A stretch of 64,000 nucleotides of DNA. Source: Bdellovibrionales bacterium (lineage in GTDB: Bacteria > Bdellovibrionota > Bdellovibrionia > Bdellovibrionales > JAGQZY01). The notes below the pieces were generated by a model. That model ran no database searches. It was not told the origin of the DNA and saw only the letters and a program-made list of their open reading frames with translations. The stretch covers positions 619,194 to 683,193 of the forward strand of contig CAXRHT010000001.1 of assembly GCA_964230645.1 (NCBI GenBank). Reading direction: 5' to 3'. Shown here one piece after another: positions 1-9,993 of this stretch. How positions within the stretch are numbered: the stretch's first letter is position 1; every line of letters starts with the position of its first letter. Both the position numbers and the translations under genes were made by a program.

Positions 1-2057
1 AACTCTCCCCCTTCACGTCGCCCGTAACCAATGGCCACAGCCACAGCCCCAGGATTTTGACCAGGAGAAATATAAACCGGAAGCTTCATGCTATGGGACG
101 AAGTTTTTACTTCAACCATGCTACCGTCACGCAGACCTTTTTTGTCCGCAAGAACGGGAGAGATCACTAGGTAGTTGTCCCAACAAATTTTTGAAACGGG
201 ATCTGGTAACTCTTGCAACCAAGAGACGTTGGCCATTGAACCATCGTGCAAACCCACTTTGGTGTAGAGTGCTAATTCTAAGTCTGATCCTTCAAGGGTC
301 ACCTTCACTTTATTTAAAGCCGAAGGGTTGAAACCAAGAGTTCTTTCAACTCCTCCGTAGGTGTCTCCTTGGAAACCGGTTTGTAGAAGACTGTACCAGG
401 CTTTTTCACTCCCCACCTGCTTCATCCAAGAGGCTTTCAAATAGTCATAGAAAGTTTCTTCGCTAGTCACAGGCTTTTCTAAACCTTTTGACCAAGCCAT
501 TAAACTGTCTCCTAGAGAGCGAGTGTTATGAAGAGGGCGAATGGTCGGCTGCTGAACAGTCACAAGACCTGGTTCGAATTCGTTGTCACCCCAATTTTCC
601 ATTTGATGCCCACTCGGCGCAACAAGGTCGGCTAAGCTTGTCGTTTCATCCATCCAATTGTTGGTAGAAATGACGAGTTTTACATTTCCAAGCGCCTTTT
701 TAAACTCATCGCTGTTAGGCAAGTTGTACATGGGGTTGGCGTCATTAATGATCAAAGTCTTAACTTCACCAGCGTTCATCTTCTCAATTAACTGAGTGAG
801 GTCGGTGTCTCGACCTTGATAAGTCAATAAACCGTGAGACCAGTGAATGGTGGAACCATTATTATTTAAGAGATCATTGAGGTAATTGACCGCGATTTGA
901 AGAGAGACAGAGTCTTTCGTTTTAGCCTGAAGACCACCAGCAATAACGATACTTGAACCGCCATTGGACCAAAGGTTCTCAACAACTCTAGCAAAGTCTT
1001 CGTGGCTCATGCCAATTTCTTCATAGGTTGAGGCGTATTTTTTAACAAGAGATCCAAAAGAGCCTGAAACAGAACCGTGACCTTGAACAGCGGTCAACTC
1101 ATGAATCATGGCCAGCACAAGTGGCAACTGTTGAGACGGCTTAATCGGATAATTGTCATCGGAGTTAAGCGAGGTCAAACTCGGTACCGACTGAAAGGAT
1201 ACCAGCTTTGACATATTCCCTTGAGGATCACGTGCCTTTTGGAAAAGCCTTGAGGATTCCATAGGGTTGAGGTGAGTTCCTAAAAAGTCTGCGTCAATCG
1301 AAACGATCATTTGAGCTAATTCGTAACGATACTTAGGAACACTGGCTTTTCCAAAGCTTTCCTTGGATGCCTGTAGAATATCTTCCTGGTTAACAGGCGA
1401 CCAACGATGCAAAGTCGCACCCGTGTTTTCCACGAAACGATCGATAATATTGTTGAGACTGGGGGACGGCGTTTCACCGGTTAGAAAGTGAACACCACCC
1501 TCTTTGAGACCTTCCACCGCTTTTTTATCTAAACTTTCCCAGTCTCTAGGAATAGAGAGTTTGTTTCCTCTTTTCTTAGGGTCTTGGGAGTTGATCGTTG
1601 GATTTCTTAGACGATCTGGATCGTAAAGACTAAGTAGTTGAGAGGTTCCACGAACACTCATCCCCGGGCCGTTGGCTGGGTAGTCGCTATTGCCTTTTAC
1701 AAAAAGAGGACGCCCTTCACGAGTCTTGACCGTGATACCAAAACCCTCGCGCCCATCAAAGAAGCTTGAAGCGTAAAAGTTATCAAGTCCCGGAATAACC
1801 TCTGAGGGTCTCTTGTTATAAGGAATGATTTTTTGAACCGGCCTTCTGACACAGGCGGCACCGGAAAGAGCAATACTGGCTCCCATTAGTTTCATAAATT
1901 GTCTTCGGGCCAGTCCGCTTTTATCATCTTCGGCTTGAAGAGGAGAGGACTGGAATTCTTTTTCGGCCTGCTGGAGGAACTCATCGGTTTGGTACTTTTC
2001 GTCCAAGCTTTTCCAGTAATTGCGAGTCGACTTCATTTCTTGCTGCTGTTTATCCAT
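1..2057 (-). CDS. actB: Alternative complex III ActB-like molybdopterin/Fe-S oxidoreductase subunit (N-terminal part; gene runs off the window at position 1)
   Basis: Own minus-strand translation from ATG at 2057 gives MDKQQQEMKSTRNYWKSLDEKYQTDEFLQQAEKEFQSSPLQAEDDKSGLARRQFMKLMGASIALSGAAC, with a twin-arginine (RRQFMK) signal. The track shows no competing ORF in 1-1898, consistent with one long frame that has no stop in the window. It starts 17 nt after the pentahaem actA stop, with purine-rich SD gagagagagg upstream. Confidence 0.7.
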   Translation of the reverse strand, partial: MDKQQQEMKSTRNYWKSLDEKYQTDEFLQQAEKEFQSSPLQAEDDKSGLARRQFMKLMGASIALSGAACVRRPVQKIIPYNKRPSEVIPGLDNFYASSFFDGREGFGITVKTREGRPLFVKGNSDYPANGPGMSVRGTSQLLSLYDPDRLRNPTINSQDPKKRGNKLSIPRDWESLDKKAVEGLKEGGVHFLTGETPSPSLNNIIDRFVENTGATLHRWSPVNQEDILQASKESFGKASVPKYRYELAQMIVSIDADFLGTHLNPMESSRLFQKARDPQGNMSKLVSFQSVPSLTSLNSDDNYPIKPSQQLPLVLAMIHELTAVQGHGSVSGSFGSLVKKYASTYEEIGMSHEDFARVVENLWSNGGSSIVIAGGLQAKTKDSVSLQIAVNYLNDLLNNNGSTIHWSHGLLTYQGRDTDLTQLIEKMNAGEVKTLIINDANPMYNLPNSDEFKKALGNVKLVISTNNWMDETTSLADLVAPSGHQMENWGDNEFEPGLVTVQQPTIRPLHNTRSLGDSLMAWSKGLEKPVTSEETFYDYLKASWMKQVGSEKAWYSLLQTGFQGDTYGGVERTLGFNPSALNKVKVTLEGSDLELALYTKVGLHDGSMANVSWLQELPDPVSKICWDNYLVISPVLADKKGLRDGSMVEVKTSSHSMKLPVYISPGQNPGAVAVAIGYGRREGGE

Positions 2058-2073
2058 ACTCACTACCTCTCTC

Positions 2074-2616
2074 TCAATTATGACAGGTTGAACAGTTTAA
2101 AGGGCCTTGAGGATCTTGTTCTCTGTGGCAATTCACACACCAACCCATGGAGAGGCTGCTATGTTGCTCAACCACATCCATCTTTTTAATATCACCATGA
2201 CAGGTGTTACAGGCTGGATAGCGATCATCAGGGGTGCTAAAACGATGAACGTGACGTTTGTGATTAAACTTCACGTGGTCTGGTAACATATGAACTTTCA
2301 CCCAGTTCACCGTCTCCCCATCGAAGTACTTCTTTCTTAGTTTTTGAATTTCTGGTTTGTCGATCGCAACAACCTGGTGGCAATTCATACAAATATTAAG
2401 ACTGGGAACAGCAGAGTGCTTCGCCACTTCCACTTGTGTGTGACAGTACACACAAGCCATCTTGTATTTTCCCGCGTGAAGTTTGTGAGAAAACTTGATG
2501 GGTTGTTCTGGTTTATACCCTTTGTTGTATCCTATGCTTCCCCACTCACATTGACTGCAGAAAAGCATAATTAATAACAAGGGAAAGAATTTTATCGATC
2601 GCTGAATCAAGAACAT
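2074..2616 (-). CDS. actA: Pentahaem c-type cytochrome, ActA-like subunit of alternative complex III
   Basis: Five CxxCH motifs (CVYCH, CMNCH, CNTCH, CVNCH, CSTCH) and an N-terminal hydrophobic anchor. Start trimmed to ATG 2616 (MFLIQRS...), which has GAAGGAG just upstream. Track ORF is 2074..2655. Confidence 0.75.
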   Translation of the reverse strand: MFLIQRSIKFFPLLLIMLFCSQCEWGSIGYNKGYKPEQPIKFSHKLHAGKYKMACVYCHTQVEVAKHSAVPSLNICMNCHQVVAIDKPEIQKLRKKYFDGETVNWVKVHMLPDHVKFNHKRHVHRFSTPDDRYPACNTCHGDIKKMDVVEQHSSLSMGWCVNCHREQDPQGPLNCSTCHN

Positions 2617-2888
2617 CGACTCTCCTTCAACTGCACCGTTCACCGGTGCGACCAACTCAGTAGACCCAAGAGTACGCGAAAATCGTACTGATCAAGGGCG
2701 CGATTTAATTTTCAAAAGCCTTTCACTTGTAAAAGAAATACCCGTGCTTGTTAAGGATTTTACGAATCTGCATTAAGATTGTGCAGGCTATGCCGCGCAC
2801 TATCAATCTGAGGGCTGTTGTGAAAAAGAGACGATTTTGTCTTTTTTTGCAAAAATCACTCAACACTCTCCAAGCCGAAGGAAGCAAA

Positions 2889-2920
2889 ATAAAAAAAAGC
2901 ATCGTGTGGGGCACGATGCT
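2889..2920 (-). terminator. Rho-independent terminator-like hairpin downstream of the S8 protease gene
   Basis: 9 bp stem agcatcgtg / cacgatgct (2898-2906 / 2912-2920) with a 5 nt loop. The A9 run on the plus strand gives a U-tract after the hairpin on the minus strand. Confidence 0.6.
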
Positions 2921-3108
2921 TTCGGGGTATGGGATATGGGGATTTGGGATCTATGAAGGCCTTCGACACTGTCTCCAACCTTCTGACTTTATATATATTC
3001 ATTTTTAGTGCCAATTTTGAATGCTCATCTCAAATTAACAGCTCTCCCATTTGGCTCTCACTCGAAAATTTAGCAAGACGCTCTAAAACGGCACCCCCCT
3101 GCCAAGAC

Positions 3109-4821
3109 TTAAAACAATTGAGCCTGACTCCAAAAGTTCTCTAACTTTGCAAAATATGTTTCATCCTGAGACTCTCCAACCAGAGGCGCACCTTCTTGAC
3201 GAACTTGCAGAGCCGCCTCTTTGAAACTAAGGCCTTTGATTTTGAGTTCTAAAACCTCTCTCATCCGTTTCTCGTAAACAACGCCTCCACTCACACAGGG
3301 CAGAGGGTTTTCGATATCTGGTATATACGCACTTATTAGTAGAGCTGTTTTTAAATCTTTGCCGCTAACCCCTGGAAAGCTCTCAGCCACGCGAGCCACA
3401 ACATTGAGTGCCTTGGGTGTTGCCATGGATGTTCCAGAAAGCGGGCCGTAACTTCCACCTAAAAAGGCCGCCATCACATCCGTTCCTGGAGCGAAAATAT
3501 CGGCTGACTGTTTTCCGTAACTGGAAAAATCGGCTTTTATGGCATATTCAGGATCCGGAGTCTCCTGCCACTCCGCCGCCGCAAGGGCCCCCACCACGAC
3601 CATATTATCGTGCTGCCATCCTGCTGGAAATTTGGGGAACTCGTCCAAATCGCTAACGGAGTTACCAGCGGCAATAAAGAAAAGAGCGTCGGATTGGGAT
3701 TCAATCAACTCTTCTAGAGCAATAAAGGATTCCCGTGGTGGCGCCATCCCTCCGGGAGTTTCAAAGGAAAAACTCATGTTCACAAAGCGGGCTTTATGAG
3801 TTTTGATAAATTCTCCTATGCGCGCAAGTTGAGCGGGGTTGGTGTAATTTCCAGCAAAACCGGCCAGCGACCATCTTTCAATTCCGTCCATTGCCAAACT
3901 GGCCACATGGGTTCCATGGGAAATAATGGGGCGGAGTTTATCGTTAAAGAGAAAGGATTCTCTTAAATCGTTTATGGGCTCTCCCCCTTGAACCTGATTC
4001 ACCCCATAAACGTCATCCACAAGACCGTTACCATCGTTATCAAAACCGTCGAATGTCTCTTTGGGGTTTTGATACCAGTGAGAAACTAAATCCGGGTGAT
4101 CGGTTTCAAAACCAGAATCAATAACCACGACACCTAGGGGTTTAGGGGCAGGCCATGAATTCTCCTCATACAGCTCATCAAATCTTACTGGTCCCTGGCT
4201 GGAATAATCACTGATGACTTGTTGATCTCGGTTAAGTCTTCGCACACCCACCACCCGTACATCCAAAACAACCTGCGCGCTGGGATCATTGACAGTGTAC
4301 TCTTCATAAAACTCCACCTCTTCGTTATCGTCATAGAAAATTTTGAAAAGAGGGATGTCGGTCCCTTCTACATACTCCAGGTAAAGAACCAAGCGAGAGT
4401 CCGTTTTATTTTCATTTTCTTCGTATATCCATTCGGCAAGTTTGAGTGGAAGGACTTGCCCTGGAATATCACGCACATGGGTTTTCTTTTTAATATAGGC
4501 TCGAAAGGGCTCAACAGAATAAGAGGTCTTTATATAGCTACCATCGGAAAGCTCCTCAATATCCCCCTCATAGGTCTGCTCTTGATCGATATTATAAATC
4601 TTTACACTAACCCTCTGACCATTTTCGTAGAAAACAGATTTAGAAAGCTTTGATGGGTCAGAAAACAATCGGTCGACACGAACCAATTCACCAGACTCGT
4701 TACAGTAGTTGCGATATCTATCCTCTTCATTACCGAGAGGATGATCCGGACAGAGAATTTCCATAGACATAGCCTGAAAACTCATGAGCAAACTCAAGAT
4801 GAGAAATAAACCCCTATTCAT
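3109..4821 (-). CDS. Secreted subtilisin-like serine protease (peptidase S8)
   Basis: Asp/His/Ser triad motifs VVVIDSGFETDHPDL, SHGTHVASLA and GTSMATPKA. Signal peptide MNRGLFLILSLLMSFQAMS from ATG 4821. Track ORF extends to 4887. Confidence 0.8.
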   Translation of the reverse strand: MNRGLFLILSLLMSFQAMSMEILCPDHPLGNEEDRYRNYCNESGELVRVDRLFSDPSKLSKSVFYENGQRVSVKIYNIDQEQTYEGDIEELSDGSYIKTSYSVEPFRAYIKKKTHVRDIPGQVLPLKLAEWIYEENENKTDSRLVLYLEYVEGTDIPLFKIFYDDNEEVEFYEEYTVNDPSAQVVLDVRVVGVRRLNRDQQVISDYSSQGPVRFDELYEENSWPAPKPLGVVVIDSGFETDHPDLVSHWYQNPKETFDGFDNDGNGLVDDVYGVNQVQGGEPINDLRESFLFNDKLRPIISHGTHVASLAMDGIERWSLAGFAGNYTNPAQLARIGEFIKTHKARFVNMSFSFETPGGMAPPRESFIALEELIESQSDALFFIAAGNSVSDLDEFPKFPAGWQHDNMVVVGALAAAEWQETPDPEYAIKADFSSYGKQSADIFAPGTDVMAAFLGGSYGPLSGTSMATPKALNVVARVAESFPGVSGKDLKTALLISAYIPDIENPLPCVSGGVVYEKRMREVLELKIKGLSFKEAALQVRQEGAPLVGESQDETYFAKLENFWSQAQLF

Positions 4822-4938
4822 TTTTGACCCCTTGTTAAACAGTGGAAAACCTAGCACAAGCCCTAGAGAACATCTCTTAGGAGTCATGAAATGAATTTTT
4901 TTCTGTTTTTTTTACAGGCTGTCAGTTAGGTAATAGGT

Positions 4939-5454
4939 ATGACAGTAGAAAATCCCGGAACTCACCCTCCCATTGGAATCTTGAGTGTGCTGATGGATGA
5001 AAAGACTCAGCAATACCTAAATCAGTGGCGTGAGCAATATTTTCCTGAATCGATTAATTATTTACAGGCCCATATCACTTTGTTTCATAAATTAGATTTG
5101 GAAAAATTTGAATCGATGGATGAGTTGCCGGCTCAACCCAAAAACAATTTGGAATTAAATTTCGACAAAGTGTATTTTCTCGGCAAAGGTTTTGCTATTG
5201 AAGCTCTCTGCCCTCCCCTTTTAGAATTTCACCATAGATTTCAAAAACTCTATTTTTCAGAGCTCTCAAAGCAGGATCAGCAAAAAAAGAAGTTACACGT
5301 CACTCTTCAAAACAAAGTCTCTCCCGACAAAGCTAAAAAAGACTTCGAAGATTTTAAGGTTAAGTTCCAAGGATTTAGAGGAGAGGCCATAGGCTTAAGC
5401 CTTCATCACTACCAAGGAGGTCCTTGGCAGAAAGTGAAAGACTTTATGTTCTGA
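4939..5454 (+). CDS. 2H phosphoesterase superfamily protein (LigT / 2'-5' RNA ligase-like)
   Basis: Two HxT motifs at the expected spacing (AHITLF and LHVTLQ); 171 aa. Confidence 0.6.
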   Translation: MTVENPGTHPPIGILSVLMDEKTQQYLNQWREQYFPESINYLQAHITLFHKLDLEKFESMDELPAQPKNNLELNFDKVYFLGKGFAIEALCPPLLEFHHRFQKLYFSELSKQDQQKKKLHVTLQNKVSPDKAKKDFEDFKVKFQGFRGEAIGLSLHHYQGGPWQKVKDFMF

Positions 5455-5499
5455 TATTCATAAAATTGCATCCGATAGGATCGATATGAAAGAACGAAT

Positions 5500-7122
5500 T
5501 TACTTAGCCTCATTCAACGAAGCTTTTTCTACAAAGTAAGCATAGCCAACATAGAGCACATGCAGGATCACAAACCCAGACACATACTGAATGCCTCCCG
5601 CTCCAAAACCATAGGAATGGAGTCCCGCACCTAATACGAAGTTTACTCCGTACCAGGCCATGATCACTAAACTAAATGAGATAATGCTTCCGGCGAGCAT
5701 TCCGAAATCTTTCACCCATCCCACAAGGCGCGCATGTAAAATGGCGAGATAACCCATCAAAGCAATAAAGGCCCACGTCTCCTTAGGGTCCCATCCCCAA
5801 AAACGTCCCCATGAGTAGTCAGCCCACACACCGCCGAGAATCGTACCCGCAGTCAATAAAACCACTCCCACCTGAATGAGGTTATAGCAAACCTGAGCGA
5901 GCTCTCGGATTTTAGCCCGGTGTTTTTTCTTGTCCTTAACATGAAGAAAAATTCCATAATCACCAATTCCAAAAGCCAAGAAAAAAGCGGCGTAACTCAA
6001 AGTGATAGTCATTACGTGAATGGTGAGCCACAGATTACTTCTTAGGACAGGTTCTAAGGGTTGAAGAGTGCTATCAAGAATAACAGGAGCAAAATCCGCT
6101 ACAATCATACATAAAGTCGCTACAATGGCACCAACTAAAACAATCCATTTTTTCTTTTTAAGAAAACTAAAAATCGCAGCAAAGAGAAAAACACCCCATC
6201 CCACCCAAACAACAGTTTCATACATATTAGAAACAGGCGGCCTTGAAGTGATAATACACCTTAATGCAAATCCATAAGTGTGAAAGATAAAGGCCAGCGC
6301 CATTACACCGATTCCAAGCTTTGCTAGTAAACCGGGAAGAGCAATGAAAGAGAAGGCCATCAGGAGGCTTCCTAAAAGATACAGAATCCAAGTCCAAAGA
6401 AATGGTTTTAACTTCTGATAATGAACCTCTGTGGCCATATCACTAGCTGTGGGATAAATATCTCCGCCTTGCTCTCTTGCTTGAGCTGTAAACTTATCAA
6501 TTTCCTCTTGGAGTTTCGCTTTAGACCCCTCTCCTGAATCAGGCTTTACGAAGGTTTCACTATAGAGACTTAAAATTTTAAAAAAGCTCTCACTTTTTTC
6601 CGAATCTAGATCTCTGAGTGGAATCCAGAAAGTGGACTCTCCGCCTTTTTCTGGGGGAAAAACTTTAATCCCACCTTGTGTGATACCGTGAAAGGTCATC
6701 AACTGACTCTGCAAGCGTTGGATGGCTTGATAATAGGCATTGAGCTTTTCTTTGCGCCCTAAACGGACCTGCAAATCACTAAACAAAATATTGAGACGAT
6801 TATGAGTGCCAATGGTGTTTGGGGAAAAATACTTTTTGTCTTTAGGAAACTTTAGCGCCTCTTTTAGACCATGGTGGTCTATCTTGATAAAATCTTTATC
6901 CATCCAGGGCTCAGGAACAAGCATCCAAGTGGTGAAGATATCTAGAGCTGGCTTACCTTCAAATTTCGATTTCCCATGAATGAGTTGTAAAGATTCTTGA
7001 GCCACTGTGATGAGTGGCTTCACTCGGCCAGCATCTTGAACCGGCAAACTTTCAAAACTGTGTCCTTGGGCCCAGAGGGAGGGCGAAAAGAACATAGCAA
7101 AAATTAAGAGAATATTTTTCAT
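5500..7122 (-). CDS. ccsA: Cytochrome c biogenesis protein CcsA/ResC (System II haem handling)
   Basis: Trp-rich WWD-type motif WGRFWGWDPKETWAFI and multiple TM helices. A long N-terminal periplasmic domain carries a signal peptide. Overlaps the upstream ccsB stop by 4 nt. Confidence 0.8.
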   Translation of the reverse strand: MKNILLIFAMFFSPSLWAQGHSFESLPVQDAGRVKPLITVAQESLQLIHGKSKFEGKPALDIFTTWMLVPEPWMDKDFIKIDHHGLKEALKFPKDKKYFSPNTIGTHNRLNILFSDLQVRLGRKEKLNAYYQAIQRLQSQLMTFHGITQGGIKVFPPEKGGESTFWIPLRDLDSEKSESFFKILSLYSETFVKPDSGEGSKAKLQEEIDKFTAQAREQGGDIYPTASDMATEVHYQKLKPFLWTWILYLLGSLLMAFSFIALPGLLAKLGIGVMALAFIFHTYGFALRCIITSRPPVSNMYETVVWVGWGVFLFAAIFSFLKKKKWIVLVGAIVATLCMIVADFAPVILDSTLQPLEPVLRSNLWLTIHVMTITLSYAAFFLAFGIGDYGIFLHVKDKKKHRAKIRELAQVCYNLIQVGVVLLTAGTILGGVWADYSWGRFWGWDPKETWAFIALMGYLAILHARLVGWVKDFGMLAGSIISFSLVIMAWYGVNFVLGAGLHSYGFGAGGIQYVSGFVILHVLYVGYAYFVEKASLNEAK

Positions 7123-8516
7123 GATACTTTCTTCCTTTTTTTAAAATAAAAAAGATGAATGATCCCAAAGACAATGAGAAGGCTTCCTAAATACTTCCAG
7201 GGTCGACCTGGGTCTTGATTCACTGAAAGGATCGACATCGTTGGTCGCCCCATTTCATCTTCCTGAAAACTTGACTGGTAAAAAGTGATTCCATTGTAAT
7301 AAAGGGGTTCATTCATTGAAATTGTGGTGTCAGAGGTCGTTTGCTTTTCTTTATCGAGAACAGTGACGTCACTCTCGTAGGTGGCTGCACGCATAGTCCC
7401 TTGGTAACGACCCACTCGAAAATCATCCAAGCGAAGAGCAAAGTTTAGACTAATTTGTCGATTGGCAAATATAAATACATGGAAAGCATCGTCGGAAAAA
7501 AGTCGGACCGATGAGTTAAGTCCTGTCCAATACTCTTTGCCATTAAACTGAAAGCGAATGGCCTGAATGGCTCCTTCTACAGACGTTTCTATGGGTTCAT
7601 AGGTCCAAACGTCTTTTGCGTGAGGCAAGTATTTTAAAATCCTAAAGGTTAAACCCATCCATCCTGTTTCAATGGAGTCTCCTGATGAGGCTTTTCCCTC
7701 TTTGGTGAGTCCACTTTTACTAGCTGTAAAAACCTTGTAAGTGAGCTCTTCGTTTTCTCGATCAGACTCAAGGAGAAGAACATTGCCCCCCTGGTATTTA
7801 AAAGCCCCTTTTTTTGAAAGAACGATTTTAGCAGGCCCCATGTTTTTAACTTCAAAGGGACTCTTTCCTAGCAGTAACCAATCGGACTCACTGACACGCT
7901 CGTTGGCAATTTGAAAACGTAGACCCGCTCCATCCGTCTTTTTTTCGGAAGCTTCCACTTTAAACTGAGGAATGGCGTAAGGGCGAAATTTATCCACCAC
8001 AATTTTATCTTTACCAAGGTTAACGATATAGGGGTCTTCTTCAGTGGGTGGGTTACTGATAAAGTTAACCTCTTCTTCAAAGACAGGGCGGGCCCCTCCC
8101 GTTAAAAGGCCACTGTATGCAATAATGTCAGTGGCACCCACAGTTACCTTATTTTTTGACTCCCCCATATTGAAAGCCATGGACCCATCAATACCTGTAT
8201 AGCGGGTCAAAAGAGAACCGCCTATAAGAATGAGAATTCCCACATGCGCACTAATAAAACCAATATGATGTTTTTTCCAAGGATAACGATCAATGATTAC
8301 GGCGATAAGATTGATCGCAAGAAGCGCAAAGATCGTATAGGAATACCAGGAATGATAAACGGTTTCTTGAGCTCGCTTTGCATCATTATACATCGATTCA
8401 ACAATCGTACCCCATGCGGACATAGTCCCAATAGCCAAAATTACGAAAACGGCTAATCTTAGAGAGGCAAAAGGTTTTACAAACTTTTTAAACTTTGATT
8501 TCTTTTTGGAACTCAC
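7119..8516 (-). CDS. ccsB: Cytochrome c biogenesis protein CcsB/ResB
   Basis: Lys-rich N-terminus followed by TM helices, then a large periplasmic loop and a C-terminal TM. Immediately upstream of and overlapping ccsA, the classic resB-resC pair. Confidence 0.7.
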   Translation of the reverse strand: MSSKKKSKFKKFVKPFASLRLAVFVILAIGTMSAWGTIVESMYNDAKRAQETVYHSWYSYTIFALLAINLIAVIIDRYPWKKHHIGFISAHVGILILIGGSLLTRYTGIDGSMAFNMGESKNKVTVGATDIIAYSGLLTGGARPVFEEEVNFISNPPTEEDPYIVNLGKDKIVVDKFRPYAIPQFKVEASEKKTDGAGLRFQIANERVSESDWLLLGKSPFEVKNMGPAKIVLSKKGAFKYQGGNVLLLESDRENEELTYKVFTASKSGLTKEGKASSGDSIETGWMGLTFRILKYLPHAKDVWTYEPIETSVEGAIQAIRFQFNGKEYWTGLNSSVRLFSDDAFHVFIFANRQISLNFALRLDDFRVGRYQGTMRAATYESDVTVLDKEKQTTSDTTISMNEPLYYNGITFYQSSFQEDEMGRPTMSILSVNQDPGRPWKYLGSLLIVFGIIHLFYFKKRKKVS

Positions 8517-9377
8517 TTAACTCAGACTCCCGACCTGCTTTTGAATTTCAAGAATAGCACGGCAAAGTCGGTTCTGCATGCCTTCAAGTTTATCTTTATC
8601 TAACTTTTTTGAGTCTTCATCCATGTAGAGATGACGATTCATTTCTATTTGTATCGTATGTTTATTTTCCTCTGGACACCCATACATTTGGGTGATTCCA
8701 CCCCCTACATAAGGCCAGTTGTACGCCACCTGAAAACCCGCTTTCTGAAGAGAGGTCATAACTAAATCCTTGAACTCTCCCCTCGCGCTTTTACCGTGAA
8801 AATCACTGACAACGATCTCAGCCCGAGTTTCTCCCGGATCAGGATGTAGTTCAGTTCCCTTTGAGGGCATAGAATGAAGATCCAGATGATAAACCACCCC
8901 CCATTTTTCAATGATCTTTTTTTGCAACTCTTTGAGCTGATCGTGAAAGGGTTGATAATACTTTTCGACAAGATCTTGATGCAGCCTCTGGCTCATGGGT
9001 TTTTCGATCAAAGGCTCGTCAAAAGTGGTCACACTCCAGTGAAGTCCTTTAGGCTCCTTTCCGGCCGGTTGCTCGGCCTCTTCAACAGCTGCTCCATCGT
9101 ACTGATCAGGCCAGCGATTAAGATCCACAACATAGCGATGCCATGGAGTGATCAGTGCGGGAAGCTCGGATTCCTTGATGGCTTTTTCATAGAGCTTATC
9201 AACATAGCGATCCACATCTCGCATCAAAGTGGGCTCAGAAAGGCCCGCCAACCAAGTGACCTCAGGAGGTATCATTTCGCCAGAATGGGGGATGGAGAGA
9301 AATAAGGGTGCATCAGGATGTATTTTCATACCCGTTGAATAGATTGAATCACTAATAAAAACAATAGCTTTTGCCAA
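8517..9377 (-). CDS. hutG: N-formylglutamate amidohydrolase family protein
   Basis: Family-like motifs SIPHSGE near the N-terminus and HLDLHSMPS. An alternative start at ATG 9329 (MKIHPDAP...) is equally possible, since the 9377 start is TTG. Confidence 0.55.
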   Translation of the reverse strand: MAKAIVFISDSIYSTGMKIHPDAPLFLSIPHSGEMIPPEVTWLAGLSEPTLMRDVDRYVDKLYEKAIKESELPALITPWHRYVVDLNRWPDQYDGAAVEEAEQPAGKEPKGLHWSVTTFDEPLIEKPMSQRLHQDLVEKYYQPFHDQLKELQKKIIEKWGVVYHLDLHSMPSKGTELHPDPGETRAEIVVSDFHGKSARGEFKDLVMTSLQKAGFQVAYNWPYVGGGITQMYGCPEENKHTIQIEMNRHLYMDEDSKKLDKDKLEGMQNRLCRAILEIQKQVGSLS

Positions 9378-9435
9378 ATTGACCCTGATTTTCGCATGGG
9401 ATAAATTGAAGCTTTAGCGAATCAAGGAGTCCTCA

Positions 9436-9993
9436 ATGAAAATTTACACAAAACAGGGTGATAAGGGAGAAACCTCACTGGTTGACGGTTCAAAAGTCAA
9501 AAAATCCACCCTCCGCATTGAAACCTATGGGACTGTGGACGAGCTCAACTCTCATCTGGGTATCCTCTCCTCACTTTTAGAGGGTGATGAACAATTGAGC
9601 ATCGCACGTTATGACGTCATGCACCTGCAAACCTATCTTTTCCAACTGGGAAGCCAGCTGGCATGTATCGATGAAAAAATGGCAGAAAAACTCCCCCAGT
9701 TTGATGAGTCTCTCGTATCAGAAATCGAAGAAAAAATTGATAAAATGGATGAAAAACTTCCGGAGCTTAAAAACTTTATTTTACCCGGCGGACATCAAGG
9801 CGCTAGCCAGGCCCATGTTTGTCGAACCATCTGTCGTCGCGCCGAGCGTCTTAGTGTCAAACTCGATGAAGAAGAAAAGCTCCGCTTTCCTGCCATTGTC
9901 TTCTTAAATCGTTTGAGTGACTATTTCTTTGTCCTGGCTCGACATATTAATCACCAAAAGGGCATCCCTTCGCATGAGTGGAAACCCGAATGA
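9436..9993 (+). CDS. ATP:cob(I)alamin adenosyltransferase, PduO/MMAB type
   Basis: N-terminus MKIYTKQGDKGETSL...YGTVDELNSHLG matches the PduO-type signature; 185 aa. Confidence 0.8.
   Translation: MKIYTKQGDKGETSLVDGSKVKKSTLRIETYGTVDELNSHLGILSSLLEGDEQLSIARYDVMHLQTYLFQLGSQLACIDEKMAEKLPQFDESLVSEIEEKIDKMDEKLPELKNFILPGGHQGASQAHVCRTICRRAERLSVKLDEEEKLRFPAIVFLNRLSDYFFVLARHINHQKGIPSHEWKPE

Noticed and set aside
2748-3144. Small ORFs (86, 71 and 63 aa) in the actA / protease intergenic region
   Set aside because: They have overlapping, mutually exclusive frames, no SD and odd composition. The region is better explained as the actA promoter plus the protease 3' UTR and terminator.
4219-4653. 144 aa plus-strand ORF
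   Set aside because: It lies antisense inside the S8 protease gene, which has an intact catalytic triad.
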